A model generated the notes under the pieces. That model had not been told where the DNA came from and ran no database searches. It worked only from the letters and a program-made list of their open reading frames with translations. Below are positions 21,339 to 31,303 of a DNA stretch of 64,000 nucleotides, piece by piece; the stretch's first letter is position 1, and every line of letters starts with the position of its first letter. Source of the DNA: Verrucomicrobiia bacterium (GTDB lineage: Bacteria; Verrucomicrobiota; Verrucomicrobiia; Palsa-1439); contig DATJBF010000005.1 in NCBI GenBank assembly GCA_035515475.1, positions 41,420 to 105,419 of the forward strand, read 5' to 3'. The position numbers and the translations under genes are program-made.

Positions 21339-22709
21339 CTACTGGCCCACGACGACGACCGAGTTCGAGCTACCGTAGCCGTCGGGCACCAGTGAGGGAT
21401 TCTCCGGGTCGGCCATCCATTTGCCGTCCACGATCAGTTTGTACACGTAGCGGCCTGCCGGGAGTCGCACAGTCGCGGCCCATTCGCCGTTCGGTTTCTT
21501 GTGCATGGGCGTCTCCGTCGGGCTCCAATTGTTGAAGTCACCGGCTACCGCCACGGTATTCGCTGTGGGAGCGGTCAGCGTGAACTCGATGTTCCAGAGC
21601 TTCGGCGGTGGTGGCGGCGGTGGTGGCGGCGGCGTTGCCGGTGGCGTCGGTTTTGGAGGTTTCACGACTGCCGTCGTCGTGGGTGTCGGTTTCGAAACCG
21701 TCGTCTTCTTTTGTGGTCGCGTGGCGGCCGGCTTGTGGAGGAACCAATACGCCAGGGCCAGTACGCCGATGGCCGCCAAGATGCCCACGATGAGATTGAT
21801 GATCAGCGGCACCGGGGACTTTCTCGGCGGCGGAGGAAGCGGTTCTGGCGGTTTCGGTTCCGGATGCAGGTCGACGCCCAGCCGCTTGGCGGTGGCCTCG
21901 GTCTTGGCCTCCTTGAGGTCCTCCAGCAGCGCGTCGTAATCGCGGTAGCGGAGGAGAATGCTCTTGTTAAGCATTTTGTCCACGACTTCTTCCGTCTTGC
22001 GGGTGACGTCCGCGCCGAAATCGCGGAGCAGCGGAGGTTTCTCGTTGAGCCGTTTCTCGGCAAGTTCCTCGGGCGTGTCGGCTTCAAAAGGTGGGTGGCC
22101 CGTCAGCATCTGGAACAACGTGGCCCCGAGGCTGTACACGTCGCTGCGGAAATCTTCCGCGCGTCGTCCGACCCGCTCGGGGGAGATATAGTACGGCGAA
22201 CCCCAGATGCCTTCGCCGGGCGCGACCTCGACGTTGGCCAGTTTGGCCAGCCCGAAGTCGAGGATCTTGGCTCCGGTGTCGTTGGTAACGAAGATATTCG
22301 CCGGCTTGATGTCGCCGTGGATCATTTGGTTCTTGTAGGCGGCGCGCAGCCCCTCGACAACGTCGGTCGCCAGGTCGAGGGCGCGCTCCTCGTTCATCGG
22401 CCCGTCCTTTTCGATGATCTCGCGCACGGTGCGGCCCTTGAGCAACTCCATCACGATGTAGTACTGCGCCGATTCCTCGCCGACGAAATAGATCTGGACG
22501 ATGTGGGGGTGGCTGATGGCGGCTGCACTGCGGGCTTCTTCCAGGAAATCGTTGAGGAACTTCGGATCGCGCGCCAGGTTTTCGCGCAGGACCTTGATGG
22601 CCACTTCACGATTGAGCGTCGGATCGAACGCGCGGAAAACTGTGCCCATGCCTCCGTGCGCGATTTCCTCGAGCAAGTTGAAATGACCCAGCTTTGACGA
22701 AAGCGCCAT
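21339..22709 (-). CDS. Ser/Thr protein kinase with Pro-rich linker, TM segment and C-terminal CBM48/AMPK-beta glycogen-binding-like domain
   Basis: Hanks kinase motifs (VAIK, HGDIKPANIFV, DFGLAKL, GSPYYISPE). PPPPPPPPPP linker and TM (LIINLIVGILAAIGVLALAYWFL). C-terminal FTLTAPTANTVAVAGDFNNWSPTE...YVYKLIVDGKWMADPENP resembles AMPK1_CBM. Confidence 0.85.
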   Translation of the reverse strand: MALSSKLGHFNLLEEIAHGGMGTVFRAFDPTLNREVAIKVLRENLARDPKFLNDFLEEARSAAAISHPHIVQIYFVGEESAQYYIVMELLKGRTVREIIEKDGPMNEERALDLATDVVEGLRAAYKNQMIHGDIKPANIFVTNDTGAKILDFGLAKLANVEVAPGEGIWGSPYYISPERVGRRAEDFRSDVYSLGATLFQMLTGHPPFEADTPEELAEKRLNEKPPLLRDFGADVTRKTEEVVDKMLNKSILLRYRDYDALLEDLKEAKTEATAKRLGVDLHPEPKPPEPLPPPPRKSPVPLIINLIVGILAAIGVLALAYWFLHKPAATRPQKKTTVSKPTPTTTAVVKPPKPTPPATPPPPPPPPPPKLWNIEFTLTAPTANTVAVAGDFNNWSPTETPMHKKPNGEWAATVRLPAGRYVYKLIVDGKWMADPENPSLVPDGYGSSNSVVVVGQ

Positions 22710-22726
22710 GAACCTTACGCATTCTA

Positions 22727-23530
22727 GTGATTCTTATCTCGGGCGCAAGCTTTGTTGTCAGTTTCCGGCAGGGCCGATTTTCGGGCCTCCGGCAGGGGTC
22801 CAGCCCCGCCTTGCGGTCCGTCGGGGTTTCCGAATACAATGGCGCTGTGGACGAGGTCGCCCATAACCTCGATCGCGTTCGGGGACGAATGCGAGCCGCG
22901 GCGGCGCGCGCGGGGCGCCGATCCGAGGACGTGACCTTGGTCGCCGTCAGCAAGACGGTGGAGCCCGAGCGGCTCGAGGCCGCACTGGCGGCGGGCCAGA
23001 TGTTGTTTGGCGAAAGCCGGCTGCAGGAGGCCAAGGCCAAGATCCCATTGGTATCGGGCCGCGCGCACTGGCACATGGTGGGCCACCTGCAGTCGAACAA
23101 GGCCCGCGACGCCGTGGCGTTGTTTGAGTTGATTCATTCCGTCGATAGCGTGAGACTGGCGGTTGAATTGAACAAATGGGCCGAGCGCGCCGGCAAGACA
23201 CAGGTGATCCTGCTCGAAGTAAACGCGTCGGGCGAGGCCAGCAAGTTCGGGTTGGAGCCCGAAGACGTCGAGGCCGCGCTGCGCGAGATCAACCGACTGC
23301 CGCGTTTGGAGGTGCAGGGACTGATGACCATCGCGCCCTTGAGGGACAACGTCGACGAAGTCCGGCCCTGCTTTCGCCGGCTGCGCGAACTCCGCGATCG
23401 CGCCGGGCTGCGGGAGTTGTCGATGGGCATGACCCACGACTTCGAGGTCGCGATCGAGGAAGGGGCCACGATGGTACGGATCGGCACGGCGGTTTTTGGA
23501 GAACGACAACGACATGAGCCTACAGAATAA
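22727..23530 (+). CDS. yggS: YggS-family pyridoxal-phosphate homeostasis protein
   Basis: Aligns with E. coli YggS ([12 protein letters not shown]..., [44 protein letters not shown]). True start probably GTG near 22847 (about 228 aa). Confidence 0.85.
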   Translation: MILISGASFVVSFRQGRFSGLRQGSSPALRSVGVSEYNGAVDEVAHNLDRVRGRMRAAAARAGRRSEDVTLVAVSKTVEPERLEAALAAGQMLFGESRLQEAKAKIPLVSGRAHWHMVGHLQSNKARDAVALFELIHSVDSVRLAVELNKWAERAGKTQVILLEVNASGEASKFGLEPEDVEAALREINRLPRLEVQGLMTIAPLRDNVDEVRPCFRRLRELRDRAGLRELSMGMTHDFEVAIEEGATMVRIGTAVFGERQRHEPTE

Positions 23531-24332
23531 GACCATCGCGTTCATCGGTGCGGGCAACATGGGCGAAGCGCTGATTCGTGGGCTGCTGTCGGCAAAAACT
23601 GTCCAGCCGTCCCAAGTGATTGCCACGGACGTGCGCCCCGAGCGGCGTGAATTCCTGGCCCGGACGTTCGGCGTCCGGACCGGCCACGACAACGCCGACG
23701 CGGCCCGGGCCGCCGACATCATCCTGCTCGGCGTCAAACCCCAGCAGATGAGCGAGGCGTTGGCCGGCGTCAAGTCCGTTATGGCCAGGTCCAAGTTGTG
23801 TATCAGTATCGCCGCCGGTGTTACCACCGCCCGCATCGAACGCGAACTGGGAGGCCAGGCGCGCGTCATCCGCGTGATGCCAAACACGCCGGCGCTGGTG
23901 GGCGCCGGGGCGGCGGCGTTGGCGAAGGGAGCGCACGCGACCGACGCGGACGTGCGAACAGCCGAGACGATTCTGGGCGCGGTGGGCATCACGGTCCGTG
24001 TTGAAGAGAACCTCCTCGATGCCGTGACAGCGCTCAGCGGCAGCGGGCCCGCGTATGTTTTCCGCGTGACGGAAGCAATGATCGACGGGGGTATCGCCGC
24101 CGGGCTTGATGAAACCCTGGCGAGAAAACTGGCGATCCAGACGGTCTGGGGCGCAGCGAAGTTGATGGCCGACAGCGGCCGGGCGCCGGAGGAGTTGCGT
24201 CGACAGGTCACTTCACCCGGTGGTACGACGGAGGCGGCGCTGAGAGTGATGAACGATCGCCGGCTGGCGGAAACTTTCGCCGAGGCGATCAAGGCGGCGG
24301 AAAATCGCTCGCGGGAACTTTCTGGCGCTTGA
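23514..24332 (+). CDS. proC: pyrroline-5-carboxylate reductase
   Basis: N-terminal Rossmann [18 protein letters not shown] and ProC C-terminal dimerisation domain ([13 protein letters not shown]); 17-nt overlap with yggS. Confidence 0.9.
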   Translation: MSLQNKTIAFIGAGNMGEALIRGLLSAKTVQPSQVIATDVRPERREFLARTFGVRTGHDNADAARAADIILLGVKPQQMSEALAGVKSVMARSKLCISIAAGVTTARIERELGGQARVIRVMPNTPALVGAGAAALAKGAHATDADVRTAETILGAVGITVRVEENLLDAVTALSGSGPAYVFRVTEAMIDGGIAAGLDETLARKLAIQTVWGAAKLMADSGRAPEELRRQVTSPGGTTEAALRVMNDRRLAETFAEAIKAAENRSRELSGA

Positions 24333-24468
24333 CCGGGCGCTCCCGTGACCGTTCGTGTCCGCCGATGAGAAAATGATGCGCCAACCGCCTCCCTAGGGTC
24401 CACCACCCGGGTGTTGCACCCGGATCAAGCGAGTCGGTTGGCGCGAGGCTGTTTCCATTGTGTTCCAC

Positions 24469-25833
24469 CTAATAGACGAACGTCTCGAGTTCGTACCGGG
24501 CGACGTAGGGACGTCCCCGTTGCGGGTCGAATCGCAGTGCGGCACGGATCGCCTGCTCCTGCTCGCGCATTTCTTGGGGCGTAAGCGGCTCGACGCCCAA
24601 GGCGCGGGACTCCTCATCGTAACGGCTACCGCAGTAAATCACCAGGGGCGAAAAATAAATGTAATCGCCCGTCGACAACGAAAGCTCGTTCAGTACCTCC
24701 GCGGTTTGCTGCCGGTGCGCCGCATCGAACGCCCGGCCACCCGCGCCCAGAAGCACGATCACGCCGACGGCGATGCGTGCTTCCTTGAGCGCGTGAACGC
24801 AGCGCTGCATCCGCTCGGCAGTCGCCGGTTTGCAGAGCCAGCGGAGCAGATCGTTGCTGCCGGTTTCCAGCCCGATGTACACCCGGCGCAGTCCGTGTTC
24901 GCGCAGCCGGTGGAACTCGGGCGCCGTGTGGGACTTGCCCGTGAACACGTCGAGGAACGAACTCACCCCGTCGAAGCGCGTCTTGCTGCCGTACCACCAG
25001 TGCACGGGAACGGAATTCTGTTCGGCCGGGGGGAACTCAAAGTGTTCGTGCAGCACGCCGAAGAACTCGCGGAGCGTGTCTTCGGGCAGCGCCAGCGCGT
25101 TGGCTTGGCCCAGCAGAATCGAGCGTCGGGCCCGCAATCCCTCGCCGTGGAACGCCACGGCGTCACGCACGTGCTGGCGGAATTGCTCGGTCGTCTTGCA
25201 GTCGTAAAACACACCCCGATACAACTCGCAGAAGAGACAGCCGCCATACGCGCAGCCTTCCGTGGCCTGCAGCACGAGCGCGTTGTATTGGTCGGGGGGC
25301 AGAATGGCGACCCGCCCGTACATTTGATTGAACCGCTGGGCATCGGCCCGGGCCGCTTCGACGCCGAACTTCGTGGCGCGCTCCAAGAGCGGCGTGAGCG
25401 TTTCGACGGCCTGATGAACGGACGGTTTCCCAAACTCAATCGCGAGCGCGCCATCGTTCAGCCGTGCCAGAACCTTCACGGCCTGCGACTGGGCTTGGTC
25501 AACAACCGCGTCGGCGCTATCGGCGAGCAGTCCGCGCTCCACGCCGCCGCCCTCGTCTTTCGGGCGTTTCCGCGTGACGAGCACCCGATGAGACAGGCCG
25601 CGACGGTGATACACGTTCGGCTCGGCGACCTTCAACAGCCGGCCATCGAGGTCATAGTGCAACGCGTGTTCGGGCTGGTCGAAGTACAGCGACAATTCCG
25701 CAGGCGAGAGCGCCACGTAAACATGTCCGCCACCCGACAACCGCACTTGGATTCCCGCCGTCAGTCCGGGCACCTCGCCGAGCGTCCGGTTGCGCTGGTA
25801 GCGCAGAACCGATTGTGCGGCGGTCGCCGTCAC
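24469..25833 (-). CDS. radical-SAM-like protein with non-canonical CX4CX2C motif and about 230-aa N-terminal domain of unknown function
   Basis: CAYGGCLFC cluster motif followed by aromatic residue, then GLETGSNDLL and C-terminal half-barrel resembling Elp3/B12-type radical SAM. Probable GTG start at 25833 overlapping the stop of the upstream AhbD-like gene (GTGA). Confidence 0.5.
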   Translation of the reverse strand: MTATAAQSVLRYQRNRTLGEVPGLTAGIQVRLSGGGHVYVALSPAELSLYFDQPEHALHYDLDGRLLKVAEPNVYHRRGLSHRVLVTRKRPKDEGGGVERGLLADSADAVVDQAQSQAVKVLARLNDGALAIEFGKPSVHQAVETLTPLLERATKFGVEAARADAQRFNQMYGRVAILPPDQYNALVLQATEGCAYGGCLFCELYRGVFYDCKTTEQFRQHVRDAVAFHGEGLRARRSILLGQANALALPEDTLREFFGVLHEHFEFPPAEQNSVPVHWWYGSKTRFDGVSSFLDVFTGKSHTAPEFHRLREHGLRRVYIGLETGSNDLLRWLCKPATAERMQRCVHALKEARIAVGVIVLLGAGGRAFDAAHRQQTAEVLNELSLSTGDYIYFSPLVIYCGSRYDEESRALGVEPLTPQEMREQEQAIRAALRFDPQRGRPYVARYELETFVY

Positions 25834-27035
25834 GTCCGTAAGGCCTCGCTGTAGGCCGGCTCGACCGGGGCCGGGCTGATTTCCTCGTCGGTCAGGTAAC
25901 ACGCAGGATCGGACGCCCACGGGTCGCCGTGCACCTGGAGAGCGCGCACGCGGAAGCTGCCCCCGCAGATGTCCTTGAACCGGCACTCGCGGCAGCGGCC
26001 CTTGAGAAGCGGGAGCCGGTTGCGGAGTTGGGCGAGCAGCGGAATCGAATTATCGCTCCACGTCGCGCTGAACGGGCGTTCCTTCACGTTGCCCAGCGTC
26101 GCGCTTTGCCAGAACTGGTCGGGATGAATGTTGCCCTGGGTGTCGATGTTGGCGATGCCGATGCCCGAGGAGTTGGCGCCCCCCCCGTTCCACTTCATCC
26201 ATTCATGGACCTGCTTCGCGCGGGCCGGGTTGACGGTCTGGAGCTTCAAATAGACGTACGCGTTGTCGGCATGATTGTCGACCGTGAGGATCTCCTTGCG
26301 CATGCCGCGTTCGTGAAACACGCGGGTCCGCGCCAGAATGATCTCCATCGCCCGGCGGATCTCGGTGGGCGTCAGTTCGTCCGCCCGATTTCCGCGGCCC
26401 GTGTACACGAGGTGATAAAAACAGGCGCGCTGGATTCCTTCGGCTTCGATGAAATTGAAAATGTCGTGCAGATCCATGCAGTTGCGGCGGGTGAGCGTGA
26501 GGCGGAGGCCGACTTTCTGTCCGACCAGTTGGCAGGCGCGGATGCCGCGTACCGCGGCGTCGAACGCGCCTTTCTTTCCGCGGAACAGGTCGTTGGTCTC
26601 GCCGATGCCATCGAGGGAGATGCCGACGTAGGCAAGTCGGATCGCTTTGAGCTGCGCTGCGATGGCCTCGTCGATGAGCGTGCCGTTGGTCGACAGTGTG
26701 ACGCGCAGGCCCCTGGCCGCCGCGTAAGCCATCAACTCCATCAGGTCGGGCCGCGTCAGCGGTTCCCCACCCGAGAACAGGACGGCGGGGATGCCGAATC
26801 CGGCCAGATCATCGAGCACGGCTTTGGCGTGGGCGTTGGTCAGTTCGCCGGGATACTTCTGGGCGTAGCTGTCCGAGTAACAGTGCACACACCGGAGGTT
26901 GCAGGTGCGGGTAACGTTCCAGACGACGATGGGTTTACGTTCAGCGGCGGTCTTGGGGGCGTCGGGACCGTGGCCATAACGGAGGTGATCCGCCGGTTGT
27001 TCTGCTCCACAATAGAGCTTGGTGATATTGACCAT
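25830..27035 (-). CDS. radical SAM/SPASM enzyme, AhbD/NirJ-like (putative heme synthase of the siroheme-dependent pathway)
   Basis: KPIVVWNVTRTCNLRCVHCY canonical CX3CX2C, GGEPL, and C-terminal SPASM cysteines (CRECRFKDICGG...DPACY). Fused AhbA/B and hemA are present elsewhere in the window. Confidence 0.75.
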   Translation of the reverse strand: MVNITKLYCGAEQPADHLRYGHGPDAPKTAAERKPIVVWNVTRTCNLRCVHCYSDSYAQKYPGELTNAHAKAVLDDLAGFGIPAVLFSGGEPLTRPDLMELMAYAAARGLRVTLSTNGTLIDEAIAAQLKAIRLAYVGISLDGIGETNDLFRGKKGAFDAAVRGIRACQLVGQKVGLRLTLTRRNCMDLHDIFNFIEAEGIQRACFYHLVYTGRGNRADELTPTEIRRAMEIILARTRVFHERGMRKEILTVDNHADNAYVYLKLQTVNPARAKQVHEWMKWNGGGANSSGIGIANIDTQGNIHPDQFWQSATLGNVKERPFSATWSDNSIPLLAQLRNRLPLLKGRCRECRFKDICGGSFRVRALQVHGDPWASDPACYLTDEEISPAPVEPAYSEALRT

Positions 27036-27556
27036 TGTTCACCTCATTCAGTGCGAACCCGTAAACTGCGGCAACAGCGTTAGCACCGGCTATGCCCCGT
27101 CAAAATCGGACTCGGGGAATACTTGCGCAACTCATTGATTGGAGGAAGGATGAAAAGGGTTTTCTGGTAGGACGCCGTGTAGACTGGCCACTGGCGAGCC
27201 CGCCAAGTTGTCAGTGCCCGGTATGAGCCGGGACAATTTGTCGGTCGGTCCCACGGGGCCCACGGCCCTGTGCAACCGTCCTTGACGGAGCGCGGTTGGA
27301 CCCTCTATACAGGCTTCAGAATCCGATGTCGACAGGAGGCTCCTCCTGATGCGCCGGGCAGGTCTGTTCGGGACGGCGCCGCGTCGATTACGAATGCGGC
27401 GGTGCGTGGCTCATCAACCGGGAGCACAGGCCGAGTTTGGGGGAGATGGTCATCCAGTGAGACAACTATGGTTCAAGAAATTCCGTCCAACAATTAAGCG
27501 GAACACCGGTTGGGCGGCCACTGAGACATGACGTCGATATCCCGCAGGGTGACATT

Positions 27557-28264
27557 ATGCCGAAACTGGACACCGAACTGCATGTGAAGATGTTTCGGGC
27601 CGGGAAACGGCGACGAAGCCTCACTTCACGGATCCGGAAAGCGATCAAGGTGTTACTCGGCAAGGACGACGTGTACGGACTCGAATGGGGTGACCCGGAC
27701 GTGTTCCCTCCCTTGCGGCACGTTCGAGATCATTTCGTCATGCCGTATCTCGCGCCTGACAAAACGGTTGTGGAGATAGGTCCTGGTGGCGGGCGGTGGA
27801 CGCGCTATATGCTCTGCGCCAAACAGATTTATGCGGTTGATTACCATCAAGAAATCCTGAACGAACTCAAATCGAACTTCGACGCTGCGAACATCGCCTG
27901 CGTCAAGAACCACGGGGACGATTTTCCGAACATACCAGATGGGTCGGTTGACTTCTTGTTTTCTTTTGGAACGTTCGTGCACCTCGACGTCGATCTCATT
28001 GATCGCTATCTTCGAAACATGAAACCGTTGCTGAAGCCCGGGAGTCAGGTCGTCATTCAGTATTCGGACAAGACCAAGCCTCGGGGCCGGAGCAACGAAG
28101 GGTTTTCGGAGAATGACCCCGATAACATGCGAAAGCTTGTCCTGTCTCACGGCTATTCGATCCACGAAGAAGATTTGGAAACGCTGGCGCACAGTTCGAT
28201 TGTTCGGTTTGGGCCTCCCAAGGTCGGCACGGGCCCGGAGGCGACGGCGAGAGCCGGTAAGTAA
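27557..28264 (+). CDS. class I SAM-dependent methyltransferase
   Basis: Motif I VVEIGPGGGRWTRYM, motif post-I AVDYH, Rossmann-like pattern; 235 aa. Confidence 0.7.
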   Translation: MPKLDTELHVKMFRAGKRRRSLTSRIRKAIKVLLGKDDVYGLEWGDPDVFPPLRHVRDHFVMPYLAPDKTVVEIGPGGGRWTRYMLCAKQIYAVDYHQEILNELKSNFDAANIACVKNHGDDFPNIPDGSVDFLFSFGTFVHLDVDLIDRYLRNMKPLLKPGSQVVIQYSDKTKPRGRSNEGFSENDPDNMRKLVLSHGYSIHEEDLETLAHSSIVRFGPPKVGTGPEATARAGK

Positions 28265-28692
28265 CCCGCCTCAGTTCTCTTTCGCAGGCTCGCGGCGCTC
28301 ATGCCGCATCGGTTATTCCGGGCTTGGTGGCTGGCTAAGCGTCTGCTCTCCGGTGGGATGCCAACGGCGGTGATTCTGATCGTGATTCTGCGGGAACACC
28401 GGACAAGTTCGGGAGGGGCGCGAATCGGTCGACGCGGGAGGGTGTTGGCTGGGCATTGGTTGCCGGCAGCGCTCCCTAAGCATTCCACTGCGCTGCCGGC
28501 CCCAAGCTTGAGCCCGCCTGACCGTCTATCGCGACCCACGATGCCGGGGAGGGAGACGCCCCGGCGAAATTGCCTGGCCACACCGCAAAAGAACAAACGG
28601 GGTGAAACGTGAAAGCTGACCGGACTCAGCAAAACCGTTTCGCTAGGGTGGAATCTAGCACTTCGACGGGGAAGGAGCTACGCTTGGCTTGT

Positions 28693-29577
28693 CTACTTCT
28701 TAACCCGGATTGACAAGCCCCGACGGGCGCGGAACTCCGATGGCGAGCAGCCAACCTGGCGACGAAAAGCCCGGTTGAAATACGGAATGGAATCGAACCC
28801 GGCCTCGAACGCGACTTCGCTGACCCGCAGATGGCGGTTCAGCAACAGCTTCTTGGCCGCCTCGATGCGCAACTGCGTTCGGTACTCGGTGAAGGTCAAC
28901 CCGGTCTGTCTCTTGAACAGCTTGCAGAAGTGGCAGGGACTGATGTGCAAACGATCGGCCAATTCGCGCACGGTCGTGGCGCGGTCGCCCTGTTCGGCGA
29001 AATAGGCCTCGATCTTCTGCAGCAGCGGCGACCGTTGGCCGGCTTCTTCCAGCAACAGACGCTGGCCGCACTCGGCGAGATACTGCGCGAACATCTCCAA
29101 CAGCGTTTCGACGGCGTGCAATTTCTTGGTGTCCAGCGACGGGCTTGCGTGCCAACTGGCCTGCAGGGCGTTGACCCGAGATTGCAGTCCCCATTTCTTG
29201 AGTTGGCCCGTCAGCCGCCGCAACTGCACGGCGTCCAGCGTCCCGAGGGAGAAAGGCCCGGCCAGCAGATTCCCCACGTGACGGCCCCCGATCACGACCG
29301 GCGTTACCAGCTTGATCAGCCCGGCGGGACATTGGCAATGCGCGGCCCGGCCCGTGCCCGCGGCCTTGCGCTCGGCGGTCAAGAGTCTTTGCTGGCACAA
29401 CTCCCCGCTGCCCGGGCCCATGCAGCCGTCGATACAGAACAGTGACGAGAGCGGCGTGCCGGGTTTTCCGCTGCCGCTGGCCGGCAACAACGTCAACGGC
29501 AGCCCGGTCGCGCAGCTAAACGCGACCTGTTGCCGCCGGACCGCGTCCGACTTCACGAGTTGCTGCCAGATATCCAT
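28693..29577 (-). CDS. AraC-family transcriptional regulator with Cys-rich N-terminal sensor domain
   Basis: C-terminal dual HTH (VRELADRLHISPCHFCKLFKRQTGLTFTEYRTQLRIEAAKKLLLNRHLRVSEVAFEAGFDSIPYFNRAFRRQVGCSPSEFR). N-terminal domain carries C-x3-C and C-x-C pairs (CIDGCMGPGSGELC, HCQCPAGL). Confidence 0.8.
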   Translation of the reverse strand: MDIWQQLVKSDAVRRQQVAFSCATGLPLTLLPASGSGKPGTPLSSLFCIDGCMGPGSGELCQQRLLTAERKAAGTGRAAHCQCPAGLIKLVTPVVIGGRHVGNLLAGPFSLGTLDAVQLRRLTGQLKKWGLQSRVNALQASWHASPSLDTKKLHAVETLLEMFAQYLAECGQRLLLEEAGQRSPLLQKIEAYFAEQGDRATTVRELADRLHISPCHFCKLFKRQTGLTFTEYRTQLRIEAAKKLLLNRHLRVSEVAFEAGFDSIPYFNRAFRRQVGCSPSEFRARRGLSIRVKK

Positions 29578-30813
29578 TCAGATTCCCCCGAACAGATGGG
29601 CCGGTTCGTGCATCCGTTTCGGCTCGTACACGCAAAACGGCTCTTCGGCCATGTAATCGCCTGCGGCGTGAAATGCCCGAGCCCGACAGCCGAGGCAGAT
29701 TCTCTTGAACTCGCACAGACCACACTTGCCTTCGAGTTGGTCGACGTCGCGCAAGCGGGCGAACACTTCCGAATCGTTCCAAATGTCGCGAAGGTTTTTC
29801 CGCTTCACGTTGCCCGCGCTGACCGGCAGATAGCCGCAGGGGAACACCTCGCCGGTATGCGACACGAAACAGACGGCACTGCCCGCCAAACAACCCTTGG
29901 TCATCGCCGCCATGGCCCCGGAAGAAGAGGGAGGATGGGGTATGGTTGATGGTTGATGGTTGCCGGTGGAGGCAGGCGATCGTTCCGCTCGCCTCTGGAA
30001 CGAGGCTCCGGCGCGCCCGTCGGTCTTCGCCCGTTGCCCGTCGTTCCTCTCCCTACGTTCTTCCGCGAGGCGCTGCCGCATCACGCGGAAGTAGTGCGGT
30101 GCGCAGGTGGCCTTGAGATGGACCTCACCCAGTTTGGTCTTGTCGTACATCCAATTCAACACGCGCTCGTATTGCTCGGCGGGAAGCATGTTCGATTGCG
30201 CGATTTGCACGCCACACCCGACCGGCACGAGCATGAACAGGTGCAACGCGTCGGCGCCCAGTTCCAATGCCAGCGAATAGAGTTGCTCGATCTGGTGAAC
30301 GTTGTGGTTGGTAATGGTGCAATTGATCTGCATGCTCATCCCGAGCCGACGCAGGTTGCGGAACCCGCGCAACGCGGCGGCGAGCGAGCCGGATTGACGG
30401 CGGAACTCGTCATGCGTCGTTTCGTCGGCGCCGTCGATGCTGATGGCCACGCGGCGGATACCACAGTCCACAATGGCGTGGGCCAGATGCTCGTCGATGA
30501 GCGTGCCGTTGGTAGCAAGCGCCACAGGCAGGCCGGCGTCACGCGCGCAAGCCGCGATCTGAAAGATGTCGGGTCGGAACAGCGGTTCGCCACCAGAAAG
30601 TACGAGGATCGGCTTGGCGAACTCGGCGAGGTGACGAACGAACTGGAACGCCTCGACCGTCGTCAGATCGTTCTTCATCAGGTCCTTGCTGACGTCGAGG
30701 CGCCGACAGTGAATACATTCGAGGTTGCAGCCAGCGGTGGTCTCCCAGAAGAGGAGCCTCAACTCATGATTGTCCAGTCCCGCGCCCATTGCCGCACAAT
30801 GGGGGTTTAGCAC
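29578..30813 (-). CDS. radical SAM/SPASM enzyme, AhbC-like (putative Fe-coproporphyrin III synthase)
   Basis: LLFWETTAGCNLECIHC CX3CX2C motif, GGEPL, and C-terminal SPASM cysteines (CFVSHTGEVFPCGY...CGLCEFKRICLGCRARAF). Low-complexity linker before the SPASM domain. Confidence 0.7.
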   Translation of the reverse strand: MLNPHCAAMGAGLDNHELRLLFWETTAGCNLECIHCRRLDVSKDLMKNDLTTVEAFQFVRHLAEFAKPILVLSGGEPLFRPDIFQIAACARDAGLPVALATNGTLIDEHLAHAIVDCGIRRVAISIDGADETTHDEFRRQSGSLAAALRGFRNLRRLGMSMQINCTITNHNVHQIEQLYSLALELGADALHLFMLVPVGCGVQIAQSNMLPAEQYERVLNWMYDKTKLGEVHLKATCAPHYFRVMRQRLAEERRERNDGQRAKTDGRAGASFQRRAERSPASTGNHQPSTIPHPPSSSGAMAAMTKGCLAGSAVCFVSHTGEVFPCGYLPVSAGNVKRKNLRDIWNDSEVFARLRDVDQLEGKCGLCEFKRICLGCRARAFHAAGDYMAEEPFCVYEPKRMHEPAHLFGGI

Positions 30814-31303
30814 TGTCGATGCCAGAGAGGGTGCCAGTTTGACAATAACTTGTCGTACAACGGCTTTCGAGGGCTGGTTCGTGGTCGCTAGAACGCCACA
30901 AAGCTGACAATTTGGCGGCGTGTGGGGGACGCCTCGACAACTTGTCTCGGTCGTCGATGGTGGGTATACGATGCTGGATGCTGGACGGTGGTGACAGGGT
31001 CTGCGACCGATGACGCTGGAACTTCAATCAGGTTTCGGTCGTCTCCCGTCGCCGATCCTCTCATCGCCGATTTCTTATCTTCTCCCCTTGCGCTTGCGAG
31101 GTTCGGGCGTAAGTTCTAGCGAGAGAGCCGAGCGGACACCTCTCAGCACTCAATGGGAAAGGCCTTCGGGCTTACCTCGACAAAGATCGGGGATTTAGGA
31201 ATCGGGGAGTGCGACACTCGGCTCTCTTTTTTTGTGAGTTTCGGACATTGCTCGAGCCGGTGCCGTGAGCGACCGGGACTCGATCATCTTGGAGGCCGAC
31301 CGC

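Noticed and set aside
22724-24406. 560-aa ORF antisense to yggS/proC and 24460..25854 464-aa ORF antisense to the radical-SAM-like gene
   Set aside because: Opposite-strand genes have strong family matches; these are long open frames caused by GC bias.
31195-31240. Hairpin gagtg-cga-cactc followed by T7 as a terminator for the conduit operon
   Set aside because: The T-run follows the hairpin on the plus strand, whereas the operon is on the minus strand; there is no upstream plus-strand gene to terminate. Left uncalled.
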